Source: Nitrospinaceae bacterium (GTDB taxonomy: Bacteria; Nitrospinota; Nitrospinia; Nitrospinales; Nitrospinaceae). Taken from it: a DNA stretch of 64,000 nucleotides. The notes beneath the pieces are model-generated. The model was not told the DNA's origin. It did not search any database and saw only the letters and a program-made list of their open reading frames with translations. Numbering within the stretch: position 1 is the first letter of the stretch; each line of letters starts with the position of its first letter. Position numbers and translations under genes: made by a program. Of the stretch, positions 30,872 to 40,254 are shown piece after piece. The DNA is taken from positions 3,648,001 through 3,712,000 of the forward strand of contig OZ245011.1 of the NCBI GenBank assembly GCA_965223665.1. The letters are read 5' to 3'.

Positions 30872-33800
30872 TTATAAAACATCAACTTTTTCCCAGGTAG
30901 CATTTGGATTGTACCGATGAAACTCAAATTTATGGCAATCCAAAGCTACAAGATTTAACCATTCATTATGAAACAACTGTTGAAGAATCGCATGCTTTTT
31001 AATGATGGATGAGATCACACTTGGTATTTGTTCGATGATGGCTAAAAGTCGCATCGGTTCATGATAGTGTATTTTCCCATTATTAACTGTTTGTAAAGGA
31101 AATCCCATTTGCAAATCACTTTGGGTTCCCAGCATCATCCCAACACCCCCAACGACATTGTGTAACACCTTACTCGCACTGCCAAACTTATAGGGATCGA
31201 CAGCTGAAAAATAATAACCAGTATTTATCCATTCCCCAACAATTAACGGTGCGGTCATAATTTTTTCAAGAATAGCCCCTTCGGGATCAGCAATAGGATC
31301 ATAAGAATGCAAGAAAACTCGACCTCCTAAATCTAACCCTTTAGTCAGTTTTCGTCTTCCAATGAGAAATGCGCCATTGCCCGCTAACCCCCATTCTGGC
31401 CGAGTATTTGCCCAATCGCAACTTCGCTCGTCTACATGAGCAAAGGCCTCCTTTGGAGAAATTTTAGTTGGCGCACTGGGAATGCGTTGACATCTTTCAA
31501 GAGCCTGCTTTGCGCCAGCTTCTTCGAGATCTCTTCTTAAGGCCTGAATATCTTCTTTATGAGAAGCGGGGAATTCCTCTAGATCGTAAAACTCGACTCG
31601 ATCTGTTGTCGTATTATGTTTACCGGGAAGGAACCAGGTGTCGTCGGGAATAGGCAATCCTTTTTCATTGAGAATATGACGAACCTCAGGTTCATTCGCC
31701 ATTGCAGCAAAAACACGAGCATTTGCATCTCCTGGTCTTCCACCGCATGCTCCGCAATCCAAGGCCCCATAATAAGGATTATTATCTGTCTCACTACCGT
31801 GGCCACAGAGGCAAACTAACCGAGCAAAATTTTTAGTAAGCCCCATAGCACGCAAGCCATTTTCGACAAATGTGGCTCGTTCCTCAAGAGAAAAACCCTG
31901 TGAAAGCCCCTCAGGAATCCCTTCGGCATTCACTTCTCCAATTTCCGGGTCTTGTGGATTCGACGGAGTGGAAATTAAGATTTGAGTTGGAACCCTTTGT
32001 GTTAACCAACCCTCAATAGAGGAGGTTATTCCACGAAATGTTTTTTGGAATAAGGTCTTGCCTATTAATCCTAAACTAAAAAAGAACCCCATCACATCAA
32101 TCACCATCATCGACCCGATAGGATGATGTTTTAAATCGTGAAAAATATGGTGTCCCAGTTGGGTCCAGCGAGTACCAGATGAATATTTTTCTAACGCCGT
32201 TCTTTCTCCCAGCCGAGGTGATTCAGTCACCGCATGATTGGGTGTCAATAAAACCGGACATAAAGCGTCTCGAAGATTTCCATCAAAAGCTTGATGGCTA
32301 ATGGGAATTCCAAAAAATCCAGCAAACCCGAAGGTTTCATAAGGGCCTTGGGCTTCAAGATGACGACGAAACGATTCAGAACGTACATCAATACAAAAAA
32401 CCAGTTGAGCATGGGGGCGGATTTCCAATTCAGGTATCGTCCCGTGATGCGCAAAAATATTTTTTAGAATTTTCTGTCGAAAGGAATCTTCATATGCTTC
32501 AATCCATACCTTTCCATGCTGATCAGCAGGAAAGTGATCTAACCATTCTAATAACTTATGGGCATCAGTGATTGAGAGGGCTCCAACTTCTTTTGGAGAT
32601 AACTCAAGAAACTGTGCCAAATGAAATAATCGCCAAGCATGTCGACATTTCACCTTTTTGGTAGGATCTACGGACTGGGTTCCCTGCCCAATGCGTTGGT
32701 GGTATTCTTCGGATCGATTATTCCAATATGCGGTTAGTGCAGAAACAGTTCCGTCAATTCCCCATTCTTGTTTGCATTTGAGGTTGGTTAACTCTACTTC
32801 ATAGAATAAGCGCACTGCAAGATATTGTGTGGTGTCAATTGGGTGTTTTTGCTGTGCATGGTACATAGGGTGTTCCCCTAACCACCTTATGTATCTTGTC
32901 CAGCCGGGTAATAGCGAAAGTTGTCTTGAGAGATAGTCTTTCCATTGTTTCTTAGGAATTTCGAGTTGGTGTAAACTGGAATCAATTGCTTCCTCAGGAA
33001 CGGTAGAGAGACTTCCAACTTTTTGAGAAAAATCTTTTATTCCCAGAAGCTGACCAGAAAAATCTTTCTGTGCGAGGTTTTTCCATACTTGATAGAAACC
33101 TTCTTCCCGGCCAGGCATTTTCCAGCCAGCCAACCCTTCATCAACAAACGCCGTCACCCATTTTATAAGTATATTGTTGATTTGTTCAACCACTTCACCA
33201 TCAGTCAAGTCATCAATCCAATCACTGAGGGTTCTAAGTGACGGTAAGGAAATTGGTAAAGGCGTTTGCGAATCTGAATCTTGATGTGTATGAGATAATC
33301 CATTTGAATCCGTCAAACCTAAGGCGACACATACGCCTTCCCATAAACTTGACAGGTAAGTCTCTTCTGGATATTCCAGATGCTGTTCACATTCCTGGAT
33401 GGTTTTTTCAATAATTGACTTTCGGGAATCTTCAGAAAGATCCCGGCGAAACTGTTTAGTAGCACCTCCACCATTAAATTCCCAATCGAGTAGGGAAAAT
33501 GGCAATTCCTCTATGCCAAAAAGAAGGTGGATCTGCCAAACATCCTTAGCTGAAATTTTTCGGTCTCCAACCTCAATAAAAACTGTTTCATCAAAGTGAG
33601 GTCCCACTCGGGAAAAAGCACGCTCAAAATTTTCCTGGGTAATACGTCCATTTCTGTAAAATTCACGGTACTCATCATTTGTGAGATATCCATTTCCTCC
33701 AAGGAGGGTCTTGCCTTTTCGAACAGCTTGATCAAAAGATAAATATTCCAATCCATGGATCGGATTCTGAGCGACCATTGTCCTCATTGGCCAAAATGGC

Positions 33801-33886
33801 GCAATTGGCTCACTGGCGTCCAATATTAATTGCCGAACTTGATCAAGATCTTCTGGAGAAAGGGACTTCACAAAATTAGTACTCAT
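30872..33886 (-). CDS. dabA: DUF2309 / DabA (MpsB-like) beta-carbonic-anhydrase-like subunit of an inorganic carbon transporter
   Basis: IAPFWPMRTMVAQNP, FCIDVRSESFRRHLE, GHGS, LDCGACGG (predicted Zn ligands C/D/H/C), HNTTTD, RPEWGLAGN, MTAPLIV, HEPMRL. Confidence 0.93.
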   Translation of the reverse strand: MSTNFVKSLSPEDLDQVRQLILDASEPIAPFWPMRTMVAQNPIHGLEYLSFDQAVRKGKTLLGGNGYLTNDEYREFYRNGRITQENFERAFSRVGPHFDETVFIEVGDRKISAKDVWQIHLLFGIEELPFSLLDWEFNGGGATKQFRRDLSEDSRKSIIEKTIQECEQHLEYPEETYLSSLWEGVCVALGLTDSNGLSHTHQDSDSQTPLPISLPSLRTLSDWIDDLTDGEVVEQINNILIKWVTAFVDEGLAGWKMPGREEGFYQVWKNLAQKDFSGQLLGIKDFSQKVGSLSTVPEEAIDSSLHQLEIPKKQWKDYLSRQLSLLPGWTRYIRWLGEHPMYHAQQKHPIDTTQYLAVRLFYEVELTNLKCKQEWGIDGTVSALTAYWNNRSEEYHQRIGQGTQSVDPTKKVKCRHAWRLFHLAQFLELSPKEVGALSITDAHKLLEWLDHFPADQHGKVWIEAYEDSFRQKILKNIFAHHGTIPELEIRPHAQLVFCIDVRSESFRRHLEAQGPYETFGFAGFFGIPISHQAFDGNLRDALCPVLLTPNHAVTESPRLGERTALEKYSSGTRWTQLGHHIFHDLKHHPIGSMMVIDVMGFFFSLGLIGKTLFQKTFRGITSSIEGWLTQRVPTQILISTPSNPQDPEIGEVNAEGIPEGLSQGFSLEERATFVENGLRAMGLTKNFARLVCLCGHGSETDNNPYYGALDCGACGGRPGDANARVFAAMANEPEVRHILNEKGLPIPDDTWFLPGKHNTTTDRVEFYDLEEFPASHKEDIQALRRDLEEAGAKQALERCQRIPSAPTKISPKEAFAHVDERSCDWANTRPEWGLAGNGAFLIGRRKLTKGLDLGGRVFLHSYDPIADPEGAILEKIMTAPLIVGEWINTGYYFSAVDPYKFGSASKVLHNVVGGVGMMLGTQSDLQMGFPLQTVNNGKIHYHEPMRLLAIIEQIPSVISSIIKKHAILQQLFHNEWLNLVALDCHKFEFHRYNPNATWEKVDVL

Positions 33887-33917
33887 ATTTAGAGCGACAG
33901 TTGTCTATCTCAGAAAC

Positions 33918-33974
33918 AAAAAAAACCAACCGTCCCTCTATATCTACAATGAAATAGTTAGTAATACGGTTGGC
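33918..33974 (-). terminator. Leader terminator upstream of dabA
   Basis: GCCAACCGU...ACGGUUGGU stem running into an 8-U tract, about 30 nt before the dabA start codon. Confidence 0.75.
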
Positions 33975-33979
33975 TTGTG

Positions 33980-34036
33980 TTTTGGCTTATGCTGCAGTTA
34001 ACCTCGCAAACTAAACGAGTCGAACACCCTGTAGCC
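33980..34036 (-). ncRNA. Candidate Na+-I (DUF1646)/nhaA-I-type cation riboswitch aptamer
   Basis: CAGGGUG-UUCGA-CUCGU(UUAGUUU)GCGAG-GUUAACUG-CAGCAUAAGCC; GGGUG, AGGUU and 3' AGCC as I recall them for this RNA class; directly followed by a terminator and Mrp genes. Confidence 0.55.
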
Positions 34037-34424
34037 TAAACAAAAAACTGAACTCAAGCCTAGAGTGCCTATGTCTTTTTTTTTGATAACCAAAAGACAG
34101 TTTAAGTCTAGTCTTGATATGAAAAAAAAACAATAGTTTTTACAATTTTTTATTACCGCGTTTTTAAGATCAAATTTTTTCTTTGAAGAATTCATAAACA
34201 TATATTAATGGTCTCATATCCCCCTCACAAATAATTGAATAGCTTATAGAAGTAAATTTTTTCAGGTAGAGTTTAAGGAAGAAACTGAAACTTAACTTGT
34301 GATATAACTTAAGGGAGCAAGCCGCTTTGAAAGACCGAATGAGCTGTTTCCTTCAGTGGATGCTTTAAAATGAAAAATCTGGCTACAGTCACACTGCCGG
34401 GAAATTTAATGAGGAGAGAAACTT

Positions 34425-35009
34425 ATGAATCCGGGCGAAGTGCTTGACATCTTGGTAGCGGGAAACGAGCGATACCTGAATGGTAATACCCACAAACACG
34501 ATTTTCATGCAGAACGGGCTGAACTTGCACAGAGCCAACATCCTATTGCAGCAGTGCTTAGTTGCGCGGATTCTCGAGTTGTTCCACAATTCGCGTTTGA
34601 CCAGGGTTCTGGCAAATTGTTTGTTGTACGCGTGGCGGGCAACATTGCCACCACTTATGGGATCGCATCACTTGAATATGCTGTTGAATACCTCAAAACC
34701 CCTTTGATCTATGTCTTAGGACACACATCTTGCGGAGCGGTAGATGCAGCGGTTAAAGTGGTAAAGGATGGCGCAGAGTTTCCCGGGGAGCTTCCGGAGT
34801 TAGTTTCCTCTATTGCCCGTGCGGTGGATATCACTGGGTCAAATACGGAGGAAATTTTAGGAAAAGCCGTGCAAGAGAATGTTCGATTAACCGTTTCTAA
34901 ACTAGCGGACTCGAGTCAAATTATTCGGTCGCGTATGCAATCGGGAAACCTTCGTATTGTTGGTGGAATTTACGAACTCGCAAGTGGCAAAGTTTCCCTT
35001 GTGGAATGA
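34425..35009 (+). CDS. Beta-class carbonic anhydrase (no signal peptide)
   Basis: GNERY, SCADSRV, VRVAGN, GHTSCGAV; in-frame stop just upstream. Confidence 0.95.
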   Translation: MNPGEVLDILVAGNERYLNGNTHKHDFHAERAELAQSQHPIAAVLSCADSRVVPQFAFDQGSGKLFVVRVAGNIATTYGIASLEYAVEYLKTPLIYVLGHTSCGAVDAAVKVVKDGAEFPGELPELVSSIARAVDITGSNTEEILGKAVQENVRLTVSKLADSSQIIRSRMQSGNLRIVGGIYELASGKVSLVE

Positions 35010-35221
35010 GTGAGCAGATATCAAAATATAGATAGAGATTTCATCCGATATATCGACAGTTTGCTCACCAGCCAAAACATATTGTCAAAGTAAGGTAAGA
35101 AAAGATCCTAATCATTATGACCAGCCTTTCAAGAACCTGGTCCTGAGTTTTTTAATTCCCGGGTGCTTAAAAAAATAATCAATTAGATATAGGTTCTTTT
35201 TTTCAATTTACCAGGTTTGAA

Positions 35222-36514
35222 ATGGCAACATTTTATTTCAGTTGGGTCTCAAAAGAAACCGAACTCGTAGTCGAAAGACTAACTTCTACGTGTGAATCCT
35301 TCTTTGAAGGAAAAACCGTATTAGGTAAAGTAGGGGACCGATTTATTCCTGAAAAGATTAAAGGAAACTTAAATGATTGTGATGTTTTTTGTGTTGTATT
35401 TGAGGGAAATTCGTTTTCCGCAGAACAATCGGAATCACATATCCAGGATCAGTTATTAAATGAGCGTCTTCGATTTGAAATTATAACGGCAATGAATTTA
35501 GATGTAATTATTGTTTCGCTTTTGGTTGGCGAAGTGGTTCTTCCAGATAAAGAGAATATGCCGGGTGCCTGGAAGCGTTTATTAGAATGCAAATCATATC
35601 GACTGAGAAGTTCTTTCTGGTCTGAAGATTTGCATCGGTTTTTTGAGGATATTGAGGAAGAACTAAATTTTAAAAAAGACGTTACAGGGAAACTATCCCA
35701 ATCCATTTTTGAAAACTATAAAGATTTGACAGATTCTAAAGGTGAAATACTTAAAGCGCCGGGTTTGGATTTTGGTTTTTCAGGAGCTCTGAAGCTACGT
35801 CAGGTAATCGAGTCAGAAACCTTTAACTTAGAAGAAGCCCGTCGCATAGGAGATCGAGACAGAGAAAAAAACGCGTTATCTGTATTGGGTTTGACTTTTG
35901 CCGAGTTGGGTCAAACGCAACGTGCGATTCAATACTTTAAAGAACAACTTGTCCTTGTGCGTGAAAATGAGAATGTAGAGGAAGAATGCGAACTACTTGC
36001 TAGTTTGGGTGATGCTTATGCGATTTCAGGAAATATAGAAATGGCAAAGGCATATTACCAGGAGCAATTGTTGCGAGCTGATCCTAAAGGCCTTCGAAAA
36101 TTTGTAGGGAGTGCTTATAATGGCCTTGGATTTGTCTATGTGAAACAAGAAAAAATTTCTCGTGCAATTGAATGTTATCTCAAAGCTTTGGAGATTTATA
36201 GAGAATTTGAAGACCATGAAAAAGAATTAGAACTACTGGTTGGCATCGGCTTGAATTATCAGAAATTGGGAGAATCTGACCGCACTACTGAGTACTTGGA
36301 GGCGGCTTTAAACGTCTCAAAATATTTAGAAAATAGAAAAGAAGAAGTGCATTTGTTAGTGGATCTAGGTGGTGCTTTCCTCAACCTAAAAAACTATGAG
36401 CGTGTTAAATTCTACCTTGATAGAGCCGATAAAATTTTAGTTTATTATCAGGAACCATGGGCATTGAATTTGAAAGATCGTATAATTAAATTACGTCTGT
36501 CAATGAACCAATAA
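35222..36514 (+). CDS. TIR-like N-terminal domain plus TPR repeat protein
   Basis: FYFSW...DCDVFCVVF...RFEIITAM...IIVSLLVG..LP....MP..W..L resembles TIR_2; C-terminal TPRs (ALSVLGLTF, LASLGDAY, AYNGLGFVY). Confidence 0.65.
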   Translation: MATFYFSWVSKETELVVERLTSTCESFFEGKTVLGKVGDRFIPEKIKGNLNDCDVFCVVFEGNSFSAEQSESHIQDQLLNERLRFEIITAMNLDVIIVSLLVGEVVLPDKENMPGAWKRLLECKSYRLRSSFWSEDLHRFFEDIEEELNFKKDVTGKLSQSIFENYKDLTDSKGEILKAPGLDFGFSGALKLRQVIESETFNLEEARRIGDRDREKNALSVLGLTFAELGQTQRAIQYFKEQLVLVRENENVEEECELLASLGDAYAISGNIEMAKAYYQEQLLRADPKGLRKFVGSAYNGLGFVYVKQEKISRAIECYLKALEIYREFEDHEKELELLVGIGLNYQKLGESDRTTEYLEAALNVSKYLENRKEEVHLLVDLGGAFLNLKNYERVKFYLDRADKILVYYQEPWALNLKDRIIKLRLSMNQ

Positions 36515-36644
36515 TATAAGAAATTTTTATATAAAAAAGAATTGGTGAATTCTCTAGTCTAATCATTTATGGATTTACTATTACAAAAGCATTGGACATT
36601 TAAAAATTAATGAAGATGAAATGGGGAGTCAGGTCTTAATGTGA

Positions 36645-37109
36645 TTAAAGATTGGGTTGGCCATTTTCCAATTCATCTTCTGTGGCGGGGCGGATGCTGA
36701 CAATATCAACTCCATAGTGAAGTGTTTTGCCGGCCATGGGATGATTTCCATCCATATAAACAGTATCGCCATCCACTGCAATGATCCGGAATCGTTGCTT
36801 CACTCCATTTTCATCACGCTCTAATACCCGGTTTTTTTCAATTTTAATTTCAGGTGGAAACTGCGACTTATTGGCTTTCAATTTTAAGGAAGGATCAACC
36901 TCGCCAAAACCTTCTTCCGGATAAACGGTAATGGTTTTTTTTTCTCCCAATTTCATACCCTTTAATCCTTTCTCCAGCCCTTGCACCAAATTTCCAGCTC
37001 CCTGCAAGTAAACAAGGGGTTGCCCAGGAGGAGAGGATTCCAATACATTCTCTTCCTCATCCTTCACGGTGAAATTGATCGACACCACGCATTCGCTTTC
37101 AATTTTCAT
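36645..37109 (-). CDS. slyD: FKBP-type peptidyl-prolyl isomerase, SlyD-like (no His-rich tail)
   Basis: YLQGAGNLVQGLE, DGNHPMAGKTL, RPATEDEL. Confidence 0.88.
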   Translation of the reverse strand: MKIESECVVSINFTVKDEEENVLESSPPGQPLVYLQGAGNLVQGLEKGLKGMKLGEKKTITVYPEEGFGEVDPSLKLKANKSQFPPEIKIEKNRVLERDENGVKQRFRIIAVDGDTVYMDGNHPMAGKTLHYGVDIVSIRPATEDELENGQPNL

Positions 37110-37318
37110 GGCTTTTCCTAATGGTAAAAAACTAAAACGGTTTTTAAATTTGGAACCTTACAATATTTTTCGTTTGGTCAGCTATTATTGCCTGCCTCCT
37201 TTAACAGGTCAAGTCTTTCCCAATGAAAGATGGAAAGGGGGGTATTCATGTTTAATCTATAGTTGCTTCAGACTGGGAGTAAGGGAAAATATGACTCATT
37301 AGTCTCAGGGTATATGGT

Positions 37319-38290
37319 TCAGGATCGCTTTTGTAATGTAAGTCTGCCCTCACCCCAATACCAATAGCATAATGCAGGAAGGGCAATTATTATTTCGCGA
37401 GATCGTTTTGCAAGCACCAAAGACAAGGAAAGGCTGGTAGGAAGTCCCAGAAGTGTTCCTATCATCATCAAGCCTCCTTCCTGAACTCCATATCCACCAG
37501 GGACCAAAAAAGCAGCGGCCTTGATCGTTTGAGCTATTGTTTCGATCAAAATTGCTTCAATAATATTAACAGGGTGGCCCATCAAGTAGAGGATAAACCA
37601 TGTTTCCCCGGCCATTAATAAACGGGCGATCACCCTGAAAATTAAAGAAACGAATAAACTATTATGCTTTTTATAGATTTGACGAACGCTTGCATCAAAA
37701 TTTTCAGCGTTACCAGCGAGGGCAACAAACTTTTTACCGTTAGACAACCGTAGGGCAAACTTTGTCAGGCGTGACGCCAAACCTAATTTTTGAAGGCAAT
37801 AAAATAGATAAATCAAACCAAATAATAAAATTGAAAATATTATTAATGGTAAAGTCCATTCACTATCGTCAATGAAACTCACCCATATCCCGATCCCGAT
37901 TATGGAAACTATAAATTGAGCGAAGGCCTGCAGAGTTTTGTCCACGAGCGTAGAAGCACCTATTAATGCTCCCTGGCTTTCTCTTCGAGATAACCAAATG
38001 GCTTTTGAAAAATCTCCTCCAACTTGAGCTACAGGTAATAACCAATTAATGGCGGTTCCAATCCAAGTTGCCAAAAAAACATTTCTAAATCCGGGTTTAT
38101 GGTTTTTATGAAATAAAACATTCCAAGATTCACTTAATAGCAGTAAGGGAAAAATGAAGTAAGGAAGGAGCCAAAATAACCTCCATCCTGCTTGAGAAAA
38201 GGAAGTTCCAATAGAATCAATTCCCTGCCAGAGGACAAGCGATAATATTAAAAATATCCCTATAAACAACAATAACCAGGTTACCAGCAT
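37319..38290 (-). CDS. LPG synthase TM / HpnL-like flippase family membrane protein
   Basis: INWLLPVAQVGGD, AFLVPGGYGVQEGG, KRSRE. Confidence 0.8.
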   Translation of the reverse strand: MLVTWLLLFIGIFLILSLVLWQGIDSIGTSFSQAGWRLFWLLPYFIFPLLLLSESWNVLFHKNHKPGFRNVFLATWIGTAINWLLPVAQVGGDFSKAIWLSRRESQGALIGASTLVDKTLQAFAQFIVSIIGIGIWVSFIDDSEWTLPLIIFSILLFGLIYLFYCLQKLGLASRLTKFALRLSNGKKFVALAGNAENFDASVRQIYKKHNSLFVSLIFRVIARLLMAGETWFILYLMGHPVNIIEAILIETIAQTIKAAAFLVPGGYGVQEGGLMMIGTLLGLPTSLSLSLVLAKRSREIIIALPALCYWYWGEGRLTLQKRS

Positions 38291-38587
38291 TGAGTAGCCT
38301 TAAAAAGGGAGATTTGTTTTAATTCAAAATGTGATGGAAAAAATATGGATTCTGACTTTAAATCAACAAAAGATAACAAGTTTAAAGCTTTGTTTTTTTG
38401 AGCCATTGGAGCATTAAGGGTTTGCGCCAAAAGGAGGATTGGTAATTTATTTTTTTTTGTAAGTTCGATAAAAAATCAAAGACAAAAAATTAATTAAAAT
38501 AACTATTTCAATTAATAAATTGAATAAGATATTATATGCAAAATTTACTCATAATATACATATTATTCACTCACAATATTCAAATGA

Positions 38588-39031
38588 GTGTTGTTGTTCG
38601 TCGCTAATGACGATTTGAAAAAGTTTATGGAAAAAGCAATTAAATTAGATGCCGAAAGAAAGAAAAGACGTTCTAGTTTCAGAAATTTGGATATTGTGAC
38701 AAGAATTCTAGTTGGATGGGCGGGAATTCAGTTTGCCTGGCGGGAAGAACGTGGATTTCGCAATCAGGTCTATGGCTTTATGGCATTATTTTTTGTTTTA
38801 TTGATCGTCCAACCCCCTTTGATTTGGTGGGGGATAACTTTTCTAACAGCTTTAATTGTTCTTTCACTTGAAATTTTTAATACCGCATTAGAAACTCTAA
38901 TTGACAAACTGCATCCCGACTATCACCCAATAATAGGAAAGGTCAAGGATCTTTCATGCGGCGCTGTTATTATTGCAAGCTTTGGGCTCTTCCTCATTGG
39001 CATTGCTATGATTGCCGATACTTTAACTTAA
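38588..39031 (+). CDS. dgkA: Prokaryotic diacylglycerol/undecaprenol kinase family protein
   Basis: EIFNTALETLID, KVKDLSCGAV; start codon uncertain. Confidence 0.85.
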   Translation: MLLFVANDDLKKFMEKAIKLDAERKKRRSSFRNLDIVTRILVGWAGIQFAWREERGFRNQVYGFMALFFVLLIVQPPLIWWGITFLTALIVLSLEIFNTALETLIDKLHPDYHPIIGKVKDLSCGAVIIASFGLFLIGIAMIADTLT

Positions 39032-39107
39032 TAAACCAAGTTATATTTTTCTATAATCCTTACCAACTATTTTGATCAGAAAATTCGACAAGAATTCTTG
39101 AGATAGA

Positions 39108-39884
39108 TCACTTTAGTCTTTCCACAAACAGGTCAACATTGATGGTAATGTCATCTGAACCTACTTTATCAAAGGGGTTTTCCAGATGGGATTGAATATT
39201 ATCCAGACCGACAAGAATCAACGAAAATAATACTGGCATTATATAGACCAACCCTGATGCTGAAAAATCTTTTGCAATATGGGCAAAATAGGGACCATAA
39301 AGTGGAGGCAATAGCGCGATAAACACGTCACTGAACAAACGTAATGTTTTTGGGGTTCTGTATTGATAGATATGTTTTATCCGTTCAAATGAAATAAACA
39401 TTTTACTTAAATATTGATTACACCTTGAAACTTCACCGGTAGCTAATCCATTTTTTCGAAGATCACTTTTTATGAATTTGGAAAGATTTGAAAAATTATC
39501 ATAGACTGCGTCCTCCCGTTTACGAAAGGTCGACACATCGCCAGAAAAAAGAACGTCTGAGGAGGAAAATAAAGCACCCAACAGTTCACGACCTTTACTC
39601 AAAGTTTTTTCACCCGGTCCTTCAAGCCAGTCTCTGGTTGCTAAATAGATAGCCTTGCCATTTCCCTTCATGGATGCATATTCACCTAATGCAGATTCTC
39701 GTCTTTTATAAGCTCCGGCAATAGAAAATACGATGGGAAATATTACAGCGGTGGAAACCAGTGTTAAAGGAAAGTCGGCAGTTAAATTATTTTCTATGCA
39801 CAAGTATGTAGATAAAATAGCCAAAAAAGTAATTACAAATGTCTTCCTATTTATGATTAAAATCATGCTCTTAACACTTTCCAT
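39108..39884 (-). CDS. Bestrophin-like membrane protein
   Basis: AYKRR after TM2, ERIK..YRTP, GLDNIQSHLENPFD...DDI. Confidence 0.7.
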   Translation of the reverse strand: MESVKSMILIINRKTFVITFLAILSTYLCIENNLTADFPLTLVSTAVIFPIVFSIAGAYKRRESALGEYASMKGNGKAIYLATRDWLEGPGEKTLSKGRELLGALFSSSDVLFSGDVSTFRKREDAVYDNFSNLSKFIKSDLRKNGLATGEVSRCNQYLSKMFISFERIKHIYQYRTPKTLRLFSDVFIALLPPLYGPYFAHIAKDFSASGLVYIMPVLFSLILVGLDNIQSHLENPFDKVGSDDITINVDLFVERLK

Positions 39885-40254
39885 GAAATTTCCCTTTTTA
39901 AAAATTATCTTGTAGACTTTTTTATTACTTCACAAACTAAAACCCAGAACTTGCGCTCTATTTATAGAGTGATTTTTGAATGTTTTTTTATATAAATAGG
40001 TTAAAGCCCAAGTTTCCTGCTGACAATAAATTTCGCAGATAATTAAATTATGGATTTTTAAAAACCAAACTACCTTTTAGGTCGTCCCAAATAGAAAGTG
40101 ACGAATATAATCGGTAAAAGAAGGGTTCCTTTTGCTTCAATTAAGGTTAAGCAGGTTCTGTTAACCTCATTTCAGTCGTTATGATAAACTTCGTAATAAA
40201 GTTGTCTGTAATGGGAAATGAAAGCTCACGAAAAGTTTCAGTGAAACGGTTACG

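Noticed and set aside
35007-35070. Hairpin GTGAGCAGA/TTTGCTCAC right after the CA TGA as a SECIS/selenocysteine readthrough signal
   Set aside because: The CA ends at its normal family length, the TGA is not at a Cys-equivalent site, and the extension is short and unrecognisable; more likely a 3' stem-loop
35063-35070. attR site of an integrative element
   Set aside because: Only 5 nt match the genomic tRNA end and there is no integrase, so it is not called a mobile element
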